This document shows positions 27,301 through 33,121 of a stretch of DNA of 33,121 nucleotides, in pieces. The notes beneath the pieces were generated by a model. That model ran no database searches and had not been told where the DNA came from. It saw only the letters and a list, made by a program, of their open reading frames with translations. The position numbers and the translations under genes are program-made. Position 1 is the first letter of the stretch, and every line of letters begins with the position of its first letter. The DNA is from Clostridiales bacterium (GTDB lineage: Bacteria; Bacillota; Clostridia; Christensenellales; Christensenellaceae), in contig DOMW01000201.1 of NCBI GenBank assembly GCA_003510345.1, positions 1 to 33,121 on the forward strand. Reading direction: 5' to 3'.

Positions 27301-28323
27301 ATGTCCGGGCGTAAGCACTATCTCGATAACCTGCGTTCGCTCAGTATACTGCTGCTGTTCCCATTCCATGTGTTCATGATCTACAACAACTGGGGCGAGA
27401 GCAACTATATACACGGCGCGGCGCTTGCCGTTCCCAGCGCCATCAACCAGATACTCTATCTATTTATGATGCCGCTGCTGTTTGCCGTGGCGGGCATCAG
27501 CTCACGTTACGCCCTGCATAAACGCAGCGCCAAACAATACGTCGGCGAACGCGTGCGCAAGCTGCTGCTGCCGCTGTTGTTCAGCATGCTGCTGGTGCTG
27601 CCCGTACAATCCTACATCGCCGGCCTGTTCCACAACGGCCACGCCAACTATCTGGATTACTACACCACCGTTACCGACTTCACGGGCTACGACGGCGCGT
27701 TCACGCCCGGGCATCTGTGGTTTATACTCTACCTGTTCGTCATTTCCATGGTCAGCCTGCCGCTTATGCTGCTCGTCAAACGCGGCAACGCGCCCCGCAG
27801 GCATATACCGCTATGGGCAATAGTGCTGCTGGGCCTGCTGCCCTGCCTCGGCAACATACTGTTCGACATCAGCGGCAAAAGTCCCACCGAATTTCTGGCA
27901 TATTTCCTGCTGGGCTATTTTGTGCTGGCACAGGAATCCGTACTCCAGACGCTGGATAAGCACCGTTTCCTATTGTTAGGCATCACGGTAACAGGGGCGG
28001 TGCTCACATTCTCTTTCGATACTATATTGTATGAAATGGTGGGGTGGCTGGCTGTGCTGGCAGCGCTCGGCCTAGGCAGGCATTATCTGAACTTCACCGG
28101 GCGCGTGTCGCGCTACCTGTCAAATTCCTCGTTCGGCCTCTACATCTTTCACCAGTCATGGATCGTGGTAACGGGCTACTTCATACTGCAATGGACGGTA
28201 AACTATTTTGCGCAGATACCGCTGATACTGGTCATTTCCACGGTGCTCACCTTTATCACATATGAATTGGCAAAGCGCGTGCCGATTTTTAGGTGGATGT
28301 TTGCTTTAAAAAATATTCAATAA
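27301..28323 (+). CDS. Integral-membrane acyltransferase (acyltransferase family 3 / OpgC-like)
   Basis: The ATG at 27301 is preceded by AAAGGAG. N-terminal YLDNLRSLSILLLFPFHV motif and about ten hydrophobic segments. Confidence 0.75.
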   Translation: MSGRKHYLDNLRSLSILLLFPFHVFMIYNNWGESNYIHGAALAVPSAINQILYLFMMPLLFAVAGISSRYALHKRSAKQYVGERVRKLLLPLLFSMLLVLPVQSYIAGLFHNGHANYLDYYTTVTDFTGYDGAFTPGHLWFILYLFVISMVSLPLMLLVKRGNAPRRHIPLWAIVLLGLLPCLGNILFDISGKSPTEFLAYFLLGYFVLAQESVLQTLDKHRFLLLGITVTGAVLTFSFDTILYEMVGWLAVLAALGLGRHYLNFTGRVSRYLSNSSFGLYIFHQSWIVVTGYFILQWTVNYFAQIPLILVISTVLTFITYELAKRVPIFRWMFALKNIQ

Positions 28324-28461
28324 CCTTCGTGCCGGAAGTGTGGTAAAATCGTTTTATACTATTCCCAAATGAACTACTCCCGCACCAAGGGGCGGGGTAT
28401 CAAAGGCAAGTTCAAGAGCAAGGCAACGCCCCGAGGGGCGGGGTATTTGACCCTGAGGGAT

Positions 28462-28573
28462 TAAAAACGCTTGCGTTTTTAATTTCGTCCGGCCACTGAG
28501 CCCGGAAAAAAACTTCTTCGAAACGCAGTGGCCGGGCGGGTCACACAGCGCCTTTTGGCGTGGTGTGACGGGA
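28462..28573 (+). repeat. Structured direct repeat, copy 1 (three predicted hairpins)
   Basis: Matches 31742-31851 (1/39 and 4/50 mismatches in the two arms by hand alignment). The 21-23 nt loop of the middle hairpin is reverse-complemented between copies. Confidence 0.85.
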
Positions 28574-28636
28574 AAGCCGTTTACAAGCATGGGCTATCGA
28601 TTGCGCCATGTTTCTTGCGGGAGGGATGAACAAAAC

Positions 28637-29245
28637 ATGCAAAGACTGTTTTTATGTTCGATGTTCCAAAATGTATGGAAGTTGCTGAAACCGCTCAAGC
28701 CCGCTATGCGGGGCAAGACCGTCACCTATATTCCCACCGCCAGCAAAGTGGAAAAACTGGGATGGTTTGTAAACATCGGCAAATGGAAACTGAAAAAACT
28801 GGGGATGCTCGTGGACGAACTGGATGTTTCCGCCCAACCGTACGAAACAATACAGGCGGCACTTGCAAAAAACGACTACATCTATGTAACCGGCGGCAAT
28901 ACCTTTTTCCTGTTGCAGGAATTGAGAAGAACCGGCGCGGACGCGCTGCTTACCGACGCAATCAACAACGGAAAATTCTATATCGGCGAGTCGGCGGGCG
29001 CTATTGTCGCCGCAAAAGACATCGGTTATTCCGCCGCTATGGATAAAAAAGAGAAAGCTCCCCATTTAAAAGACTATGCGGGCTTAGGCTTGATAGATTT
29101 TTATGTCGTGCCCCATTCCGGGAATTGGGAGTTCGGCAAAGCAGTAGAGCAAATCGTCGCGGACTATGCAAACCAGTTGAATCTTTCTGTCATCAGTGAC
29201 AAGCAGGCGATATTTGTGGAGGGAGGCAACGTGAAATTGTTATGA
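28637..29245 (+). CDS. Peptidase S51 family (dipeptidase E-like) protein
   Basis: The ATG at 28637 is preceded by GGGAGGGA. GGNTFFLLQEL and YIGESAGA (nucleophile Ser) motifs, and VVPHSG (His). Confidence 0.75.
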   Translation: MQRLFLCSMFQNVWKLLKPLKPAMRGKTVTYIPTASKVEKLGWFVNIGKWKLKKLGMLVDELDVSAQPYETIQAALAKNDYIYVTGGNTFFLLQELRRTGADALLTDAINNGKFYIGESAGAIVAAKDIGYSAAMDKKEKAPHLKDYAGLGLIDFYVVPHSGNWEFGKAVEQIVADYANQLNLSVISDKQAIFVEGGNVKLL

Positions 29246-29346
29246 CGGCAGGCGCGCGATAGCGTAGGTGTCAAGTATCCTTGCAGTTGGATTCCCTATA
29301 TACTGCTCTGTATATACTGATCCGACAAATTATTTGCAGCACCCCC

Positions 29347-29397
29347 TTGACAGGTGAGCGATTGGTCACTATAATAAAAGTGACCAATCGCTCACCT
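29347..29397 (+). promoter_or_regulatory. Consensus sigma-A promoter overlapped by a perfect 19-bp inverted repeat (candidate TetR operator)
   Basis: TTGACA (29347-29352), a 17-nt spacer, then TATAAT (29370-29375). AGGTGAGCGATTGGTCACT (29352-29370) and AGTGACCAATCGCTCACCT (29379-29397) are exact reverse complements. Confidence 0.7.
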
Positions 29398-29419
29398 TGT
29401 GCATTGAAAGGAATGTTAC

Positions 29420-30001
29420 ATGAACACGAAACAGCAAATATTAAACGAATCGCTGAAACTATTCTCAAAAAATGGTTTTGACGCCGTATCCATTCGTGCT
29501 ATCGCAAAAGAAGTAGGCGTGGGAAACAGCGCTTTGTACAAGCACTTTCCCAGCAAGCGGGCCATTTTTGACGCGATTGTCGCGCAATGCAAGGAGCATT
29601 TCACGCGACAAAGCGGCCATTATCAAAACAGCATACGCAATGAGGACGACTTTGTTGAAATGTGCCTTGCCATGTTCCGATTTCAAATCAGCGATGAGAT
29701 GATTGTGATGTTCCGGCGGATTCTTCTGATAGAGCAGTTTAAAAACGAAGAGATGGCAAAAATATTCAAAGAGTTTTTTATCGAGCTGCCGCTCGCCACA
29801 CAGGAAGAGTTATTCAGGCAGCTGATGCAAGACGGCGTGATGAAAGACAAAGATCCAAAAGTGCTTGCGTTGGAGCTCTATGCGCCATTTTTTCTATATC
29901 ATACCGTAAGCTGTGAACAAGAGAAACTGACGGAGCTTTTCAAAAAACACGCTGCGTATTTTTATGTGGATAACATCGTGGGGGGAGTACCCCCAAAATG
30001 A
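29420..30001 (+). CDS. TetR/AcrR-family transcriptional regulator
   Basis: N-terminal HTH (ILNESLKLFSKNGFDAVSIRAIAKEVGVGNSALYKHFPSK). Confidence 0.88.
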   Translation: MNTKQQILNESLKLFSKNGFDAVSIRAIAKEVGVGNSALYKHFPSKRAIFDAIVAQCKEHFTRQSGHYQNSIRNEDDFVEMCLAMFRFQISDEMIVMFRRILLIEQFKNEEMAKIFKEFFIELPLATQEELFRQLMQDGVMKDKDPKVLALELYAPFFLYHTVSCEQEKLTELFKKHAAYFYVDNIVGGVPPK

Positions 30002-30597
30002 AAAAGAAGATATGGCTAGGCATCGCCTCTATACTAGGGATTCTATTTGTCTCCGGCGCACTATATCTTTCATACGAAAGCAACAATCATTACGAGGTGG
30101 ATATGACCAGAGCGGAAACCATAACTGTTACAAGCCCCGCGTTTGAGGCGGGCGGGCCAATCCCGGTTCAATATACCGGGAAAGAGGAAGATATTTCCCC
30201 ACCTCTTCACTTATCAGATGTAAGCGACCATGGCGTTTCGCTGGTGGTCATCATGGACGATGCCAGCCATCCGCTGTTCAAAAACTTTAACCACTGGGTT
30301 ATGTGGAATATACCACCGGGCGAACAAATTCCGGAAAACATTACCCATGGCGCAACCGTTAGTACACCGGATGGCGCGGTGCAGGGCATGGGGTATGGAC
30401 AAAACAGGTACAAAGGCCCCAACCCGCCTGCATTTATGCGGGAGGCACATCACTACATTTTTCATGTCTACGTCCTAGACTGTATGCTGGAACTGGCGCC
30501 ACATTCACGTAAAAAAAATGTGCTGGAAGCCATGGACGGACATATTATACAGTACGGCAGCGTCACCGGCCTTTGGAGTAATGCATACCTAAAATAA
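29998..30597 (+). CDS. Membrane-anchored PEBP / YbhB-YbcL family protein
   Basis: The start overlaps the TetR stop (ATGA). N-terminal TM helix, then ITVTSPAFEAGGPIPVQYT...HWVMWNIP...YKGPNPP...HHYIFHVYVLD, typical of bacterial PEBP proteins. Confidence 0.78.
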   Translation: MKKKIWLGIASILGILFVSGALYLSYESNNHYEVDMTRAETITVTSPAFEAGGPIPVQYTGKEEDISPPLHLSDVSDHGVSLVVIMDDASHPLFKNFNHWVMWNIPPGEQIPENITHGATVSTPDGAVQGMGYGQNRYKGPNPPAFMREAHHYIFHVYVLDCMLELAPHSRKKNVLEAMDGHIIQYGSVTGLWSNAYLK

Positions 30598-30630
30598 CGA
30601 TACGCGAAGCGGAAAAGAGAGGAAAAACAA

Positions 30631-31722
30631 ATGAACCCAGCCCCAATAATAAATAAAAAAAGTGTTAAAAGCGCCCTGCCGTTACGGCAAGCCCAAAAGC
30701 AGGAGAAGCGACTGAAGGGCAAGGGCGGCAGACGACCTTTAAAAAACTATTTAGGCAAGGTCGTTACCCTGTCGCCCCCTAAATCCACCTTGGAAAAATC
30801 CAAAACAGCAGATGTTCCGGCCAATGTCTCAGTTGACGAATTGTTGTGTGCCATTGAAAAGGCAGGACTTACGGGTATGAGCGGCAACGGCTTTCCTATC
30901 CACCAAAAAATCACCAGTTTCCTTGCGGCGAAACCGGGCAATAGAATTTTGCTGATTAACGCCGTTGAATGCGACCCCGCGCTTGTGCATGACGAATGGC
31001 TGTTGCATAACAGATATGCGGAAATCCGGCAGGCTATCCATCACTTAAAGCAAACGCTTTCCTTAACAGGCGTTGTTTTGGCCATAAAAGATAAGAGGAT
31101 TCGGCCAAACGATGCATGTACGATTGCCACTGTGCCGCCCCGATACCCCATGGGCGAGGAGCATTTTCTGATTCGACAGGCATTGGGCATTCCGATTGAG
31201 AGCGATACAATTCCGGCGGAGCAAGGGATTCTTGTGTTGAATATTCAGAGCGTTTATCAAATCGGTAAAATCATCAGCAACGATTATGATGGCGGACGGT
31301 TTGTTACGATTGCCGACTTGACAAAGGCCTCAGCCAGAGTTGTCTATGTATACCCCGGCGAAAATATCGCAACGCTTCTTACCGCCCACTTTGGCGCGCA
31401 GGGCAATAAGACTTTGCATAAGGGGTTTGGGGCCATGTCGTGCGTGACGGCGGATAAAATGGATGATTTCTCCAATTGTGAAACCTTTGCGGCTTACGTG
31501 GATGTGCCGCAAATAGACAGCAAAAACAAGTGTAAACACTGTGGAAGCTGCACGAGAAGGTGTCCCATGCATATTAAAGTTGCCAAGATTGTCCAAAATA
31601 CTGACGGCAATCGTCATTTCGATAACGCGTCATATCACCCGGAGCGTTGTATGCAGTGTGGTAGTTGTACCTATTTTTGCCCGGCATCAAAAGATGTTTC
31701 CGGCTATGTTACCAGAGGTTGA
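30631..31722 (+). CDS. RnfC/PrdC-like Fe-S protein (nucleotide-binding fold plus two 4Fe-4S motifs) lacking the RnfC N-terminal domain
   Basis: GLTGMSGNGFPIHQKI and LLINAVECDPALVHD resemble the RnfC / complex I 51K-type fold. CKHCGSCTRRCP and CMQCGSCTYFCP are ferredoxin-type clusters. The basic, low-complexity N-terminus replaces the usual barrel domain. Confidence 0.65.
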   Translation: MNPAPIINKKSVKSALPLRQAQKQEKRLKGKGGRRPLKNYLGKVVTLSPPKSTLEKSKTADVPANVSVDELLCAIEKAGLTGMSGNGFPIHQKITSFLAAKPGNRILLINAVECDPALVHDEWLLHNRYAEIRQAIHHLKQTLSLTGVVLAIKDKRIRPNDACTIATVPPRYPMGEEHFLIRQALGIPIESDTIPAEQGILVLNIQSVYQIGKIISNDYDGGRFVTIADLTKASARVVYVYPGENIATLLTAHFGAQGNKTLHKGFGAMSCVTADKMDDFSNCETFAAYVDVPQIDSKNKCKHCGSCTRRCPMHIKVAKIVQNTDGNRHFDNASYHPERCMQCGSCTYFCPASKDVSGYVTRG

Positions 31723-31741
31723 CCCTTATACCATTCCCAAC

Positions 31742-31851
31742 TAAAAACGCCTGCGTTTTTAATTTCGTCCGGCCACTGAGTTTCGAAGAAGTTCTTCCGG
31801 GCTCAGTGACCGGGCGGGGCACATAGCGCCTTTTGGCGTGGTGTGACGGGA
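31742..31851 (+). repeat. Structured direct repeat, copy 2
   Basis: See copy 1. Starts 20 nt after the stop of the RnfC-like gene. Confidence 0.85.
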
Positions 31852-32233
31852 CGACGATTTTGAGTTAAGGGAATAGCGTTTATTTGTCGTGTACCTATGT
31901 GGCAAGCCGCGCAACGCTTCCGGCAGGAATGGTTGCGCGGCTTTAGCCGGTATTCGCCGGAAGTCATTCACATAGTCTCGTGCCGTTAAAACATTTAATT
32001 CATTTCATGCACTACAAAAACAATTTCGCATAGTAGAATCTCATGATATAATATTAGCACATCATAATATCTCGGACATAGTTTTTAAAAACTATATAGT
32101 TCTTAAAATCCGCTATGTTGGATATTTTTGATTTAGAAATTGCAAAAATATACAATATATAGTAGCTGTGTTAGATTTGAGATTTTTCCAAAAATCAGAA
32201 TTCATGAACTGACTGCAAAGAAGGTCCGTTATT

Positions 32234-32798
32234 ATGAGTAAAAAAAATCGAGCCTCACATCCATGTAGTGTATGCGTCGCAAACAAACGATGCAGCGTCG
32301 GAAGCAATGAGAAAACTGTTGCTGGGGGTTGTGGTTGACCCGGCGGATAAGCAGGAAGTTGTTGTCATGCGTGGAGAAGAAAGCAACAAGAAGGGCAGGA
32401 TGGCGCCGTATGGATATGTGTATGATGACAAAGAGAAACGTGATGCGACAGGTCGCACCCTGCGTGGCTTGGTTATACACAAAAAAGAAGCTATGGTGGT
32501 GTGCAAAATGTTTGAGCTTTGCATCGAATACAAATTTGGTGGTAGAAGGATTGCTGACTATCTGGCCGCAAAGGGGTATGTTACCCGTAATGGACATCTT
32601 TTCAACTATTCAACAATATTGAGGATGCTCTCCAACCAACTGTATATGGGCATAGTCCGGCGGGGCAAAGCAGCACCATATTATAACTCTGGCCTCGCTA
32701 TAGTGTCTGAAAGCACTTTTGAAAAAGCGCAAGAGGCTAAAAGGAAAAACACCTCGCCCTCGAATTGGAGTTATGCAGATGGCGCGTCCTCATCTTGA
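32234..32798 (+). pseudogene. Large serine recombinase remnant (recombinase domain only; catalytic domain deleted or frameshifted, 3' end truncated)
   Basis: ORF 32268..32798 carries the PYGY...EA.VV..MF......G.RRIADYL...G..T..G..F....I..ML.N..Y.G pattern of the 'recombinase' domain. Upstream, ATG 32234 (MSKKNRAS...) is in another frame, and the YA-S-T-D stretch is only a vestige of the YxRxSTxxQ catalytic motif. No zinc-ribbon or coiled-coil follows. Confidence 0.55.
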
Positions 32799-32818
32799 AC
32801 AAGGGCGCATCATAAATC

Positions 32819-33121
32819 GCAAGCGTCAAAAACAGGTGCACCATCTCACCCCAACCTATCAAGCGCACCGGACATCTTTATGTCACCGGGCATGAGCATC
32901 TGCAATCCACTTAAGTTATTGCGGATATCCCAATTTGGCGCGTTTTTGAAAATATAGGTTAAATATGTGAATGGGTCAAAGCCATTCTCTTTTGCCGTCT
33001 CAACTATGCTGTACATGATGGCGCTGGCCCTGGCACCGCGCGGCGTGTTGGCGAATAGAAAGTTCTTTCGGCCAATCACAAACGGCTTGATGCTGCGCTC
33101 GGCGCGGTTGTTGCTGATTTC
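32819..33121 (-). mobile_element. End of an IS66-family insertion sequence (C-terminal part of the transposase; continues beyond the window)
   Basis: ORF 32846..33079, open to the window edge, encodes ...IGRKNFLFANTPRGARASAIMYSIVETAKENGFDPFTYLTYIF, the conserved C-terminus of IS66 TnpC. GCAAGCG at 32819-32825 resembles the GTAAGCG terminus of IS66 inverted repeats, so the boundary is an inference. Confidence 0.7.

Noticed and set aside
28488-28535. GCCACTG inside the repeat as a possible cobalamin-riboswitch core.
   Set aside because: Only this heptamer fits. The GGTG..AATCC region and the B12 box are absent, and copy 2 has no downstream gene to regulate.
28354-28590. 78-aa minus-strand ORF, and the similar 70-aa ORF at 31759..31971.
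   Set aside because: They are simply translations of the two structured repeat copies, which explains their partial similarity. They have no ribosome-binding site, and their composition is dictated by the hairpins.
31725-31760. The minus-strand reading GTTTTTAGTTGGGAATGGTATAAG looks CRISPR-repeat or tracrRNA-like.
   Set aside because: It is a single occurrence, with one diverged relative at 28356-28380. There is no spacer-repeat periodicity and there are no cas genes in the window.
28462-31851. The repeats as integron attC sites or as an inverton (phase-variable invertible promoter).
   Set aside because: No RYYYAAC / GTTRRRY core sites are present, and four genes with their own promoter lie between the copies. 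The flipped segment is only 21-23 nt, shorter than invertible segments I am aware of. The inversion is reported as an observation only.

Overview
33.1-kb chromosomal segment from a moderately GC-rich Gram-positive, probably Clostridia-like bacterium. Supporting signs are strong GGAGG-type ribosome-binding sites, lipoprotein boxes, a sortase, a sigma-D-type flagellin promoter and dense, translationally coupled operons. Positions 1-24800 look like core genome. They hold pstC-pstA-pstB-phoU plus a PhoP/PhoR-like two-component pair, then a LytTR response regulator followed by two tandem paralogous AgrC-type histidine kinases. Next come a lipoprotein type-B carboxylesterase, a stand-alone long flagellin gene, an XRE-cupin regulator with potABCD, and a six-gene GT2-rmlA-rmlC-rmlB-rmlD-GT2 operon. 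A class B sortase and an initiator tRNA-fMet close this part. Directly after the tRNA terminator the composition drops to AT-rich. The rest of the window is a mosaic accessory region: an XRE repressor-like gene, decayed serine-recombinase fragments, a small conserved protein, and Crp/Fnr plus membrane acyltransferase genes. It also carries an S51 peptidase, a TetR / membrane-anchored PEBP / RnfC-like Fe-S operon, and the end of an IS66-family element. I see no CRISPR array, no rRNA and no recognisable defence or toxin system. The most unusual items are: (1) two ~110-nt structured direct repeats bracketing a four-gene module, with the loop of their central hairpin reverse-complemented between copies; (2) the LytTR / double-kinase module with no visible peptide-signal genes; and (3) a ~390-bp hairpin-rich noncoding tract upstream of the flagellin promoter. 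All family calls rest on motifs read by eye from the translations. No database search was run.
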